Shown: positions 20,648 to 32,170 of the stretch, piece by piece
Layout of the letters: the number at the start of each line of letters is the position of its first letter
Numbering within the stretch: the first letter of the stretch is position 1
From: an uncultured Eubacteriales bacterium
GTDB taxonomy: Bacteria; Bacillota; Clostridia; Oscillospirales; QAKW01
DNA: 64,000 nt
Assembly (NCBI GenBank): GCA_902492505.1
Contig: CABULU010000002.1
Coordinates: forward strand, 18,908-82,907
Direction of reading: 5' to 3'
Notes under the pieces: model-generated
Told to the model about the DNA's origin: nothing
Database searches by the model: none
Seen by the model: the letters and a program-made list of their open reading frames with translations, nothing else
Position numbers and translations under genes: made by a program

Positions 20648-23600
20648 ATGGCTGATAAACAACTTCTCGCATTGTTTAAACGTTGCGAGTTTGATAAAAA
20701 TGAAAAATTGCTTTACAATGACGCAAAAGTAACTCGTGTTGCCGCAAATACTCAATACAGAAAGCTAAAGGTTGACATAACTTTCTCGCGTTATGTCAAC
20801 TTCAGCAATTTTTTATCCTTTGTCGACAAGGTTAAGCGCGTATACGATTTATCTTCTTTTGATGTGAATTATCGCTATGAAGGGGTAGATTTTATACCCG
20901 AACATTGGGACGATCTTATTCAGGAAGTAAAATTCAAAAATCCGGCTGCAAACGGTTTCCTTAATGATTCTGATTTTAAAATCGAAGACGGAAAAATAGT
21001 AGTCTCCATTTTGCACGGCGGTATAGAACTCTTAAATGAAATGAATGTTTCGCGCGAAATATCCGAAATTTTCAGACAGAGATACGGAATTACATATAAG
21101 GTGGAATTTAATTTAAAAAACAATATAAGTGCATTCCCCGAGAGCAGCTTTTATACAAGTGAGAATGTTCCCATACCGCCGCCTCCCAAAATGAGTGATA
21201 ATGATTTTAGACGTGAAAGCAAATTTCAGAGTAATGGTGTTTCTATTAGAAGACCATCTTCAATGGAGCCCTTAAAGGTTACAACTCCGTTCAATGTTGA
21301 CGAACAATCGCTTGTTCTTGGAAAAAAAATAGGCAATAATTTTGTTTTGCTAAAGGATACCGGCGATACATATTTATCGGGTGTGACTGTTGTCGGTCAA
21401 ATTTTTAAATATGATTCAAAGCCAACTTTTGATAAATAAGCAGTGTTTTATATATCTCTATGACACGACAAATTCTATCGTGGTTAAACTGACAATTCCT
21501 ATGGATAAGGCTGATGAAGTCGAAAGTGAGTTTAAGGCTGGAAAATGTATTGCGGTTACGGGTGATATAACTTACGATAAATATGAGGAAGATTATATTC
21601 TCAGCGCTAAGGCGATAGCACGTGCATCACGTATTTACCGCACCGATGAATCGGAGCAAAAGCGTGTTGAATTGCATCTGCATACCAACATGTCTTCAAT
21701 GGACGCTACCAACGATATCAGTGATTTTGTCAGCGCTGCTGCTTCATGGGGGCATACGGCGATAGCGCTTACCGATCACGGAAGCCTTCAGGCATACCCT
21801 GCGGCTCAGTCTGCGGCAAAGAAGAACAACATCAAACTTATTTACGGCGTCGAGGGATATCTTGTCGACGACTGTCTGCATGACGAATATATTGTTTTTG
21901 ACATCGAAACAACCGGACTTAAAGCACATGAAGAAAAAATAACGGAAATCGGAGCATGCCGTGTACGAGACGGAAATATAGTTGATGAATTTCAGTCTTT
22001 TGTAAATCCCGGAAAACATATTCCCGGGGAAATAACCGAACTTACAGGTATTACCGATGAAATGGTAAAGAATGCGCCGTTCATTGATGAAGTTTTGCGG
22101 AAATTTATCGAATTTTGCGGTGACGCCCCTACGCTGGTGGCGCATAATTCGAAATTTGACTGCTCGTTTATAGATGTCGCATGTCAGGAGAATGATATTC
22201 GCTTTATTTACCGTCAAATTGATACGGTTCCTTTATGCAGAAAGGCATTCCCGGAACTTGACAAGGTAAAGCTCAATATGGTTGCTCAGCATCTTGGATT
22301 TAATGAGTTTAATCATCACCGTGCAATAGATGACGCAAAAATGTTGGCAAAAATTTTTATTGTATTATGCAAAAAAGGTGTAGTAAAAGTTCCGGGCGGA
22401 TGTCGACCTAATCCTGATTTTAATTATAAGTCAAAAGAAAATCATAGGTATCATATTATACTTTTGGTTAAAAATAAAAAAGGACTTAAAAATCTTTATA
22501 AGTTGGTCACTTTTTCTGAAATAAATCATTTTTACCGCAGACCTCTGATGTACAGAAGTGAAATTGCCAAGCTGCGTGACGGATTGATTGTCGGAAGTGC
22601 ATGTGAAGCCGGTGAGCTTTACAGAACTGTTCTTGCCGGAGCAAACGAAAATGATTGCTCTGTTGTCGCATCATTTTATGATTTTATGGAAATTCAGCCG
22701 TTGGGCAATAACATGCATCTTATGCGAGAGGGATATGTTGACAGCATAGAAGCTCTTCAGCAGATAAATATTAAAATCATAAAGATTGCCGATAAGCTCG
22801 GCAAGCCGATTGTAGCAACAGGAGACGTACATTTTCTTAATAAAGAAGATGAGTGCTTTAGACGTATTCTTATGGCAGGTCAGGGGTTTTCGGACGCCGA
22901 TACACAGCCTCCGCTGTATTTCAGAACAACTGATGAAATGCTAAAGGAGTTTGCCTATTTAGGTGAAACGGAGGCAAGACGAGTTGTTATAGACAACACC
23001 AATGCAGTAGCCGACATGGTTGAGAATCTGACGCCTATACCGGACGGAATGCATGCGCCGGAGCTTGAGGGTTGCGAGCAGGAGCTTCGGGATATTGCTA
23101 TTTCTAACTGTAAACGGTTGTACGGTGATCCTATTCCCGAATATGTTGAAAAGCGGCTGACAAGAGAGCTTGATTCTATCATTAATAACGGTTATGCCGT
23201 TATGTATATGATAGCTCAAAAGCTTGTAAAGAAATCGAATGACGACGGTTTTTCAGTCGGCTCACGTGGTTCGGTAGGCTCGTCCTTTGTCGCGTCAATG
23301 GTTGGAATTTCTGAAGTTAATCCGCTTGTTCCGCACTACCTCTGTCCGAAATGTCAGTATAGTGAATTCTTTCATGACGGTTCGGTCGGCTCGGGCTTTG
23401 ACCTGCCGGATAAGGATTGTCCTAAATGCGGTGCAAGGCTTAAAACCGACGGTCATGATATACCGTTTGAAACCTTTCTCGGATTTAAAGGAGATAAGGT
23501 TCCTGATATCGATCTGAATTTTTCCGGTATATATCAAGGAAAAGCACATAAGTATGTTGAAGAGCTTTTCGGTGAAGGTTATGTTTTCAAAGCCGGTACG

Positions 23601-24929
23601 ATAGGCACACTTGCAGACAAAACAGCTTACGGCTTTGTAAAAAAGTATCTTGAATCAAAGGAAATCGTCTGTAACAAAGCGGAGATACAAAGACTTGTTG
23701 AGGGGTGTATCGGTGTGAGACGCACCACAGGTCAGCACCCCGGCGGTATGGTTGTTATACCTAAAAAATACAGCGTATATGATTTTTGCCCTATTCAGCA
23801 CCCTGCCGATGATCAGACAAGCGATATACTGACAACGCACTTTGATTTCCATTCGCTTCATGATACAATACTTAAGCTCGATATTCTCGGACATGATGTG
23901 CCTACAATGCTTAAATATCTGAATGATATTCAAGATATGCAGTTTGAAGATATACCGATGAACGACAAAGACGTTTACAGTCTTCTTACAAGTCCCAAAA
24001 AACTCGGTGTTTCTCCTCAAGATATAAATTGTGAAACCGGTACTCTGGCTTTACCCGAAATGGGTACCAACTTTGTACGTCAGATGATGATGGAAGCGAA
24101 ACCACAGAATTTTTCGGATCTTTTGCAGATTTCAGGTCTTTCACACGGTACAAATGTGTGGACCGATAATGCTCAGGAGCTTATAAAGCAGGGAATATGC
24201 GATATCAGTCAGGTTATTGGTACACGTGATAATATTATGGTTTATCTGATCCACAAGGGTCTTGACAGCAGTTTGGCGTTCAAAATCATGGAAATTGTGC
24301 GTAAGGGCAACGCTACTAAATTTCTTACCGAAGATATGATAGCGGAAATGAAAAAGCATGATGTTCCCGATTGGTATATCGATTCGTGTATGAAGATAAA
24401 GTATATGTTTCCAAAAGCGCATGCGGCAGCATATGTTATTTCTGCAATGAGGCTGGGCTGGTACAAAATAAACCGACCTTTGGAATTTTATACTGTATAT
24501 TTTACGGTTCGTCCTGACGGATTTAACGCAGTTGACGTAATGAAAGGGAAGAATTATCTCAGTGATTTGATAAATAAGCTCCAGTCTCAGGGCAAGCTAA
24601 AGCAAAAGGACGCGGAGATTGTAACTACATATCAGATTGTTATTGAGGCACTTGCACGCGGAATTGAATTTCTTCCCGTTGATGTATATAAATCGGAGGC
24701 TTTTGACTTTAAGATTGAGAACGGAAAAATAAGAATGCCTTTTTCAGTATTCAGCGGAGTCGGCGGCAGTGCAGCTGAGAATATAGTAAAATCACGCGAA
24801 GGCGGTCCTTACATATCCCAGGAAGAATTCAGAACACGTTCAGGCGTGTCAGTAAGTGTTATGGAAATGTTTGATGAGGCGGGTGTTTTCGGCGATATAC
24901 CGAAAACAAGCCAGCTATCTCTGTTTTGA
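20648..24929 (+). pseudogene. polC: DNA polymerase III PolC-type; reading frame broken once (+1) at about 21431-21440, probably a base-call error
   Basis: ORF 20648-21439 covers the N-terminal domain and the start of the OB fold, ending 'GQIFKYDSKPTFDK*'. ORF 21390-24929 carries PHP 'VELHLHTNMSSMD', exonuclease 'FDIETTGL..HNSKFDCSF..HRAIDDA', Zn finger 'CPKCQY..CPKCG' and the polymerase core. Joined, they give about 1426 aa, the normal PolC length. Confidence 0.9.
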
Positions 24930-24944
24930 TTTGGAGTTGTTTTA

Positions 24945-25841
24945 ATGACAAAATTTACCGATTTTTTAAGCAGTGCAAATATTGTTTACAGTTTAAATGC
25001 GTCCTTAAAGGAATTGTCGTCGTTTAAGATAGGCGGAAGCGCTGCAATCATATGCTATCCGGACTGTGCGGAAAAAGCGGCAGCACTGGTTAAATACTGC
25101 AATGAAAATGGTATGAAGTATATGACTTTTGGCAGGTGTTCAAATGTTCTGTTTCCTGACAGCGGACTTTTAACGCCTATCATTAAAACAGACAAAATGA
25201 ACAGCATGGTATTTTCCGACGGGCTGTTTTGCTTTGGCGCCGGAGTAATGCTTGCCAAAGCTTCAAAGTACACTGTGGACAAAGGCTATGCAGGCATGGA
25301 ATTTGCTTACGGGATTCCAGGCAGCGTCGGGGGAGCTGTATACATGAACGCTGGTGCGTACGGCGGTGAGATGTCGCAGTGTATTGAAAAAACAGAGTAT
25401 GTGGATGATAGAGGAAATATTTGCGTGCTTGAACAGAAACTTCATGAATTCGGTTACAGGCATTCGTATTTTTCTGATAAAAATTATATAATAACCAAAA
25501 CCTATGTTTCATTGGAAAAAGGTGATAGGTCAAATTCTGCGGCTCTCATAGATGAATTTCAGAGTGCGAGAAAAAGTAAACAGCCACTTGATATGCCAAG
25601 CGCCGGCTCCGTTTTTAAAAGACCTCAGGGTTATTTTGCGGGAAAGCTTATCGAGGACAGCGGACTTAAAGGGGCTTTTGTCGGCGGAGCAATGGTTAGT
25701 ACCAAGCACAGCGGATTTATTGTAAATTATGATAATGCGTCAGAAAGGGATGTCAGAGAGCTTATTTCAGTTATTCAGAACAAGGTCATGGAGAAATATG
25801 GCGTTTTGCTTGAGTGTGAACTTAAATTTATAGAGGACTGA
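24945..25841 (+). CDS. murB: UDP-N-acetylenolpyruvoylglucosamine reductase
   Basis: 298 aa. FAD-binding 'FKIGGSA', 'PSAGSVFKRP', 'STKHSGFIVN'. Confidence 0.93.
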   Translation: MTKFTDFLSSANIVYSLNASLKELSSFKIGGSAAIICYPDCAEKAAALVKYCNENGMKYMTFGRCSNVLFPDSGLLTPIIKTDKMNSMVFSDGLFCFGAGVMLAKASKYTVDKGYAGMEFAYGIPGSVGGAVYMNAGAYGGEMSQCIEKTEYVDDRGNICVLEQKLHEFGYRHSYFSDKNYIITKTYVSLEKGDRSNSAALIDEFQSARKSKQPLDMPSAGSVFKRPQGYFAGKLIEDSGLKGAFVGGAMVSTKHSGFIVNYDNASERDVRELISVIQNKVMEKYGVLLECELKFIED

Positions 25842-25843
25842 TT

Positions 25844-26710
25844 ATGGAAATTGTTGTAATTACCGGAATGAGCGGCGCCGGAAAATCTGCGGCAGTAGAT
25901 GTATTTGAGGATTTGGGGTTTAACTGTGTTGATAATATGCCGCCCGTTCTTATTTCAAAATTTATTGAGGTATGTTCTTCGTCAAACGCAAAATTTGAAC
26001 GCCTTGCCATTGTTGTTGATATGCGTACCGGCGTGCTGTTTGACAGTATATTGGATGAACTTACAAAATTCCGTGAAAGCGGCGTAAATATAAAAATACT
26101 GTTTTTAGAAGCATCGGATGATGCACTGATAAAGCGATATAAGGAAACTCGCCGTCGTCACCCTCTTATAAAGACAGCCGGTTCTTTGATAGGCGCCGTC
26201 GAAAAGGAACGGATAAAGCTTGCATCTGTTCGTGCAATTTCAGATTATGTTATAGACACATCTTTTTTAAGAACAAAGAACCTGCGTGATCAAATCGTAC
26301 AGAAATTCAGTAATGCCGGAACCGCATTGCAGATAACTGTAATTTCATTCGGTCAGAAGTACGGTCCGCAGTTGGATGTGGATATGCAGTTTGACGTTCG
26401 GTGCCTGCCGAATCCGTTTTATGTAAGCGAATTAAAGCCGCTTACCGGTATGGATTCCGAGGTTTACGATTATGTGTTTGGGTTCAACTCCGCTAAGGAG
26501 TATTATAAGCGAATATATGAAATGATTTCCATGCTGCTTCCGCAGTTTTGTTATGAGGGGAAAACCAATCTTACAATAGGATTTTGCTGTACGGGCGGTA
26601 AACACCGCAGTGTGGCGTTTGCTTTAAAGCTCGGTCAAGATCTTCTCAGTAAAGGCTATAACATATCTGTTATACACAGAGATATTGATAAAACAGACAG
26701 GAAAGAATAA
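25844..26710 (+). CDS. rapZ: RNase adapter protein RapZ (YvcJ)
   Basis: Walker A 'ITGMSGAGKS', C-terminal 'CTGGKHRSV'. Confidence 0.92.
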   Translation: MEIVVITGMSGAGKSAAVDVFEDLGFNCVDNMPPVLISKFIEVCSSSNAKFERLAIVVDMRTGVLFDSILDELTKFRESGVNIKILFLEASDDALIKRYKETRRRHPLIKTAGSLIGAVEKERIKLASVRAISDYVIDTSFLRTKNLRDQIVQKFSNAGTALQITVISFGQKYGPQLDVDMQFDVRCLPNPFYVSELKPLTGMDSEVYDYVFGFNSAKEYYKRIYEMISMLLPQFCYEGKTNLTIGFCCTGGKHRSVAFALKLGQDLLSKGYNISVIHRDIDKTDRKE

Positions 26711-27610
26711 ATGTCTTTTTCTTTTGATACAAAATGCGAATTATGTGATATTAAGCTGAAAAATGACTGTTGCAGGCTTGCTCAGCTTTACGGTATGATT
26801 TTATTTGCTCAGCATATCGGAAGTGATTCTCTTAAAATAATGACCGAGAATGTACTGGTTGTCAACAGACTGAATGAACTCTCAAACAGTGTACTCGGGA
26901 TCTATTTTAATATAGATGAAACTGTTAATTTATATACGTTAGTAATTGACGGTGAGCGTCTTAAAAAGCTGTATGACGTTATGTATATAGATGTCAATGG
27001 GAAAATCGATCTGACAGTCAGCGCAGCACTTACAGAAAATGACTGCTGCATTGACGCATTTCTTCGCGGTGCATTTCTCATAGGCGGTTATACTTCAAAT
27101 CCTGAAAACAGTTATCATTTTGAAATTTCCACACCGTATTATACACTTGCAAAATCCATGCGCGACTTTATGCTTCGGCTTGATTTCCCTGTTAAAACCG
27201 TTGTAAGAAAATCAAATTATATTGTTTATATGAAGGACAGTGAAGCTATCGAAAAGTTTTTATACAGGGTTGGAGCCAAAGCTTCTGCATTTTCATTTAT
27301 AGATTCAAAAATCCAAAAGGAAATGAACAATTACAGTAATCGGGTGAACAATACAAAGCTGCATAATATAGAAAAAACACTTAATAAATCGGTGGAGCAG
27401 ATAAAAGCAATAAATCTAATCTCAGATAAAATCGGACTTGATTCACTTGAAAGTGATTTAGCTTATGCAGCAAGACTGCGATTTAACAACCCGGATAAGT
27501 CTCTGAATGAGCTTGTCCAGATAAGTCACGGAAAATTCAGTCGCTCGGGACTAAATCGCAGACTTAACAAGCTTACTGAGATTGCATCAAAGCTAAATCA
27601 GAAAGAGTAA
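26711..27610 (+). CDS. whiA: DNA-binding protein WhiA
   Basis: 299 aa. Degenerate LAGLIDADG-like middle 'FLRGAFLIGG', C-terminal HTH 'LRFNNPDKSLNELV'. Follows rapZ directly. Confidence 0.9.
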   Translation: MSFSFDTKCELCDIKLKNDCCRLAQLYGMILFAQHIGSDSLKIMTENVLVVNRLNELSNSVLGIYFNIDETVNLYTLVIDGERLKKLYDVMYIDVNGKIDLTVSAALTENDCCIDAFLRGAFLIGGYTSNPENSYHFEISTPYYTLAKSMRDFMLRLDFPVKTVVRKSNYIVYMKDSEAIEKFLYRVGAKASAFSFIDSKIQKEMNNYSNRVNNTKLHNIEKTLNKSVEQIKAINLISDKIGLDSLESDLAYAARLRFNNPDKSLNELVQISHGKFSRSGLNRRLNKLTEIASKLNQKE

Positions 27611-27627
27611 GACGGGAGAATTATAAA

Positions 27628-30600
27628 ATGAATGAATTCGTTCATCTACATGTTCATACCGAATACAGTCTTCTTGACGGCGCATGCCGCATAGAAGACT
27701 TGATTTCACGTGTTCAAAGTCTTGGCCAAAATGCTGTTGCAATTACCGACCACGGTGTTATGTACGGTGTTGCTGAATTTTATAAAAAGGCAAAAGAAAA
27801 GGGAATTAAGCCGATAATTGGCTGCGAGGTGTATGTCGCTGCACGTTCAAAACTTCAAAAGGAACACGGTATAGATTCAAAATACGGACATCTTATCCTG
27901 CTTGCTAAGGATAATGCGGGCTACAAAAACTTATTAAAAATTGTATCCGATGCCTTTATTGAGGGATTTTATTACAAACCGCGTACAGACATGCAGACGC
28001 TTGCCCAGTATGCAGATGGACTTATCGCACTTTCTGGTTGTCTTGCCGGCGATGTGCAGCGCATGATTTTGGAGGGGAATTCAGACGGCGCGTTGGAAAA
28101 AGCTCTTGAATATCGTGATATTTTCGGAAGTGATTTTTATCTTGAACTTCAGGATCATATGCTTGAAGAGGATAAAAGCGTTATTCAGGGCCTTATGCGC
28201 ATTTCCGAACAAACAGGAATTGAACTTGTTGCCACAAACGACGTACATTATATCGATAAGCCTGATGCGTATATTCAAAAGGTTCTTATGTGCATCAGCA
28301 TGAACAAAAGCATATATGAGGACAATCCTCTAACATTTCAAAAAGATGAATTTTATATAAAATCATACGGTGAAATGCATGAACTCTTTGAATATATTCC
28401 CAAAGCCCTGTCAAATACTGTAAAAATTGCCGAAAGTTGTAATGTCACCCTTGATTTTGAAAGTATGCATCTTCCTCATTTTCATTTGAAGAAGGGTAAG
28501 GACAGCTTTGAATATCTTAAACAACTGTGTTATGACGGACTTGAGCGCCGATACGGTCGGCGTGATATACACACTCAGCGATTGGATTATGAACTGTCGG
28601 TGATACGTGACATGCAGTTTGTTGACTACTTTCTCATTGTTGGTGATTTTGTCGGATATGCCAAGTCAAACGGTGTTGCAGTCGGGCCGGGCAGAGGAAG
28701 TGCTACCGGCTCCATTGTTTCGTTCTGCCTTGGTATTACCGATATTGACCCGATGAAATACGGTCTTATTTTTGAACGTTTTTTAAATCCAAGTCGTGCC
28801 TCGATGCCGGATATTGATATTGACTTTTGTGTTGAGCGGCGGCAGGAGGTATTGAACTATGTGATTAAAAAATACGGGCATCAGTGTGTAGCTCAGATTA
28901 TCACTTTCGGTACGCTTGCGGCGAGAGCGGCTATTAAGGATGTTGGGCGCGTGCTGGAAATATCATATTCTACAGTAGACGCTGTGTCTAAACATTTTCC
29001 TACAAAACCGGGAATTACAATTTCCTCGGTGCTTGAAAACGATAATGAACTGCAAAAAAAATATGAGGGCAATGAAGATGTAAGAAAACTTATAGATACG
29101 GCGCTCAGGGTTGAAGGGTATCCGCGTCACGGCTCAACTCACGCGGCGGGTGTTGTAATTACCGAAGGACCTGTCAGTGATTATGTTCCGCTTTCAAAAA
29201 ATGATGATATTATAGTTACTCAGTTTCAAAAGAATGAGGTTGAACAGCTTGGTCTTTTGAAAATTGATTTTTTGGGTCTGCGCAATATTACTGTTATTGA
29301 TAAAACAGAGAAGCTTATCCAGAGTACTGAACCGAATTTTAAAATCGAAGAAATCCCCGATGACGACAAAAAAACATTTGATATGATAAGCGAGGGAAAT
29401 ACTTTCGGTGTATTTCAACTTGAAAGTCCGGGTATGCGTAAAATGCTGACAAGACTTAAGCCGTGTTCGATGAACGACATTATTGCAGCAGTTTCGCTTT
29501 ACCGTCCCGGCCCTATGGAGTCTATACCGCAATATTTAAAAAACAGACTTAACCCGGATAGTATAGTTTATAAAACTGAAAAGCTTCGCCCTATATTGAG
29601 CGAAACATACGGATGCATAGTATATCAGGAGCAGGTTATGCAGATAGCACGTGAGATAGCGGGGTACAGCTATGGTCATGCCGATGTCTTGCGCGCGGCG
29701 ATGAGTAAAAAGAAATACTCTGTTATGGAAAATGAGCGCCGTTTGTTTATTGATGGCGCTGTAAAAAACGGTATATCAAAAGAAATTGCAAAGTCGATTT
29801 TTGAGGAAATGAGCGAGTTTGCTCGCTACGGATTCAATAAATCCCACGCTGCGGGATATGCCGTCATTGCTTACCGTACGGCTTATCTTAAAGCAAATTA
29901 TCCCTCAATGTTTATGGCGGCACTTTTAACAAGCGTTATCGGAAATATTCCTAAAATTAAGGAATATATAGCTGAATGCCAGCGTTTGGGCATAAATGTC
30001 TTGCCTCCTGATGTAAATAGAAGTAAAAATATTTTTTACGCAGATGAAAACGGGATATATTATAGTTTGGGTGCAGTTAAAAATGTCGGCAGGAAATTGG
30101 CTGAAAAAATCAGTATTGAGCGCGAAAAAAACGGCATCTATTCAGATTATGCGGATTTTATTGCGCGGCTATCCGGAGATGAGCTTAATCGCAGGGCAGT
30201 TGAATATCTTGTAAAATGCGGTGCGTTTGACAGCTTTGGATTTTCCCGCAGACATATGCTTTCTGTTTATGATAAGGTAATGGCAGATGTTATTTTGGAA
30301 AAAAAGCGTGAATCGGAAAGTCAGCTCAGTTTTTTCGATGACGGAAGTCAGATAGAATATAATCCCGATTATTTTTCCATGCCGCTTGACGAGTTTGATA
30401 TTTCTAAAAAGCTTGCAATGGAAAAGGATAGTTTGGGTCTGTATTTGTCAGAACATCCCTTGAGGCAGTATGCATCGGTTTATAAAAACGAAAAATACAG
30501 TAAAATCAGCGCCTTAAATTCTGATAACATCGGAAGGGTTAAGATTTTTGGCATAATAGATTCAATTCGTGTTATTTCTACAAAACAACAAAAGGATATG

Positions 30601-31020
30601 GCGTATATATCAGTTGAAGATATTACGTCGTCAATTGATGTTGTTATCTTCCCGAAAACCTTTGAAGTGTTTAAAACACAGCTGGAGGTAGGAGAATTTG
30701 TAGAGATTGAAGGAGAGCTTTCTACTCGAGACGGGGAGGCATACCAGCTGAAATGTATGTCATTGCGCTTTATTAATAAAGATGATTTACTTGAAAAATA
30801 TAAAAAAATTTACCTGAATTTTGTTTCGGAAACCACTCAGACATACCGGAAAGTTTTAAAACTTCTGCAAAGTTACCCCGGTGATACTGTTTGTGTCTTT
30901 CATTTTGCCGATACGGGAAAAACCGTTACGACGGTAAACAGATTAACGGTTAAGCCCGAATATTCACTGATAAAAGAGCTTGAAGCGATGCTCGGACAAG
31001 AAAATATTGTAATAAAATAG
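27628..31020 (+). CDS. dnaE: DNA polymerase III alpha subunit, DnaE-type
   Basis: 1130 aa. PHP 'FVHLHVHTEYSLLDG', 'GPGRGSATGS', 'PDIDIDF', 'FNKSHAAGYA', C-terminal OB fold. Confidence 0.95.
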   Translation: MNEFVHLHVHTEYSLLDGACRIEDLISRVQSLGQNAVAITDHGVMYGVAEFYKKAKEKGIKPIIGCEVYVAARSKLQKEHGIDSKYGHLILLAKDNAGYKNLLKIVSDAFIEGFYYKPRTDMQTLAQYADGLIALSGCLAGDVQRMILEGNSDGALEKALEYRDIFGSDFYLELQDHMLEEDKSVIQGLMRISEQTGIELVATNDVHYIDKPDAYIQKVLMCISMNKSIYEDNPLTFQKDEFYIKSYGEMHELFEYIPKALSNTVKIAESCNVTLDFESMHLPHFHLKKGKDSFEYLKQLCYDGLERRYGRRDIHTQRLDYELSVIRDMQFVDYFLIVGDFVGYAKSNGVAVGPGRGSATGSIVSFCLGITDIDPMKYGLIFERFLNPSRASMPDIDIDFCVERRQEVLNYVIKKYGHQCVAQIITFGTLAARAAIKDVGRVLEISYSTVDAVSKHFPTKPGITISSVLENDNELQKKYEGNEDVRKLIDTALRVEGYPRHGSTHAAGVVITEGPVSDYVPLSKNDDIIVTQFQKNEVEQLGLLKIDFLGLRNITVIDKTEKLIQSTEPNFKIEEIPDDDKKTFDMISEGNTFGVFQLESPGMRKMLTRLKPCSMNDIIAAVSLYRPGPMESIPQYLKNRLNPDSIVYKTEKLRPILSETYGCIVYQEQVMQIAREIAGYSYGHADVLRAAMSKKKYSVMENERRLFIDGAVKNGISKEIAKSIFEEMSEFARYGFNKSHAAGYAVIAYRTAYLKANYPSMFMAALLTSVIGNIPKIKEYIAECQRLGINVLPPDVNRSKNIFYADENGIYYSLGAVKNVGRKLAEKISIEREKNGIYSDYADFIARLSGDELNRRAVEYLVKCGAFDSFGFSRRHMLSVYDKVMADVILEKKRESESQLSFFDDGSQIEYNPDYFSMPLDEFDISKKLAMEKDSLGLYLSEHPLRQYASVYKNEKYSKISALNSDNIGRVKIFGIIDSIRVISTKQQKDMAYISVEDITSSIDVVIFPKTFEVFKTQLEVGEFVEIEGELSTRDGEAYQLKCMSLRFINKDDLLEKYKKIYLNFVSETTQTYRKVLKLLQSYPGDTVCVFHFADTGKTVTTVNRLTVKPEYSLIKELEAMLGQENIVIK

Positions 31021-31089
31021 TTGATTTTCAATGGTGCATGTTGTAAAATATTTTGGTAATAGAAATACTTAAGGGAGGTTTGAATTTAA

Positions 31090-32061
31090 ATGAACAATAA
31101 TATTAAAAAGATAGGCGTTCTTACAAGCGGCGGTGATGCTCCCGGAATGAACGCGGCTATAAGAGCTATTACGCGTACCGCGCTTGCCAAGGGTATAAAG
31201 GTTGTCGGAATAAAAAGGGGATATCAAGGACTGATTGAAGGCGATTTTGTAGAACTCGGCTATACAAGTGTTTCGAGAATTATAAACAGGGGCGGTACTT
31301 TTCTGTACTCTGCCAGATGTGATGAATTCAGATATGAAGCAGGAATAAAAAAAGCCGTTGATATGTGCAGAAAAAACGGCATAGACGGTGTTGTCGCAAT
31401 AGGCGGTGACGGAACCTTCAGGGGAGCTGCAGATCTTTCGGCTATGGGTATCCCGTGTATAGGAGTACCCGGAACCATAGACAATGATATTGGCATCAGC
31501 GAGTATACAATCGGTTTTGATACTGCTGTAAACTGTGTTATTGATATGGTTGACCGTTTGAGAGATACAATGGAATCACATCAGCGCTGCTCGGTTGTTG
31601 AGGTAATGGGACGCCATGCCGGATACATTGCGCTTTATTCGGCTATTTCCACCGGCGCTACGGCAGTAGCTATTCCCGAAGTAGAGTTTAAGTATGAGGA
31701 CATCCTTGCTAAAATAAAGGATTCTCAGGCGGCCGGAAAAACTCATTTCATTGTTATAGTTGCCGAAGGAATAGGAAACAGTGAGGAAATTGCAGCGCGA
31801 ATTGAGGAAGATACCGGCATAATCACAAGAGCTACAGTGCTCGGTCATGTACAGCGCGGAGGCGCTCCTACTGCTGATGATAGAGTGAATGCAACAAAAA
31901 TAGGTCATTATGCCGTGGAGCTTATAGCTAACGGTTACAGCAATAAGGTTTGTGGTATACAAAAGGGTGAGCTTGTAAATTTTGATGTTCAGGAGGCTTT
32001 AAAAATTAAAAAGCCGTTTCCGATAGAACTGTATAAAATTTTTCTTGAGACGAGCAAATAA
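31090..32061 (+). CDS. pfkA: ATP-dependent 6-phosphofructokinase
   Basis: 'GVLTSGGDAPGMNAAIR', 'GGDGTF', 'PGTIDND', 'MGRHAGYIA'. Confidence 0.95.
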   Translation: MNNNIKKIGVLTSGGDAPGMNAAIRAITRTALAKGIKVVGIKRGYQGLIEGDFVELGYTSVSRIINRGGTFLYSARCDEFRYEAGIKKAVDMCRKNGIDGVVAIGGDGTFRGAADLSAMGIPCIGVPGTIDNDIGISEYTIGFDTAVNCVIDMVDRLRDTMESHQRCSVVEVMGRHAGYIALYSAISTGATAVAIPEVEFKYEDILAKIKDSQAAGKTHFIVIVAEGIGNSEEIAARIEEDTGIITRATVLGHVQRGGAPTADDRVNATKIGHYAVELIANGYSNKVCGIQKGELVNFDVQEALKIKKPFPIELYKIFLETSK

Positions 32062-32074
32062 ATTAAAAACACCC

Positions 32075-32103
32075 TTGATATTTTTGACCATATAATGTAT
32101 AAT
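32075..32103 (+). promoter_or_regulatory. Putative sigma-A promoter for tRNA-Leu
   Basis: TTGATA, 17 nt, TATAAT preceded by TG, about 68 nt upstream of the tRNA 5' end. Confidence 0.4.
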
Positions 32104-32170
32104 ATTATTGTTTTTGTAAAACTACCCGGTCGTGTAACCGTCCGGGTAGTTAAAACACAGTTTAATATTT

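Noticed and set aside
21390-24929. ORF-track 1179-aa ORF treated as an independent gene starting at TTG 21390
   Set aside because: Its first ~14 codons overlap the upstream PolC N-terminal ORF. Together the two ORFs reconstitute one normal-length PolC. I treat it as one frameshifted gene.
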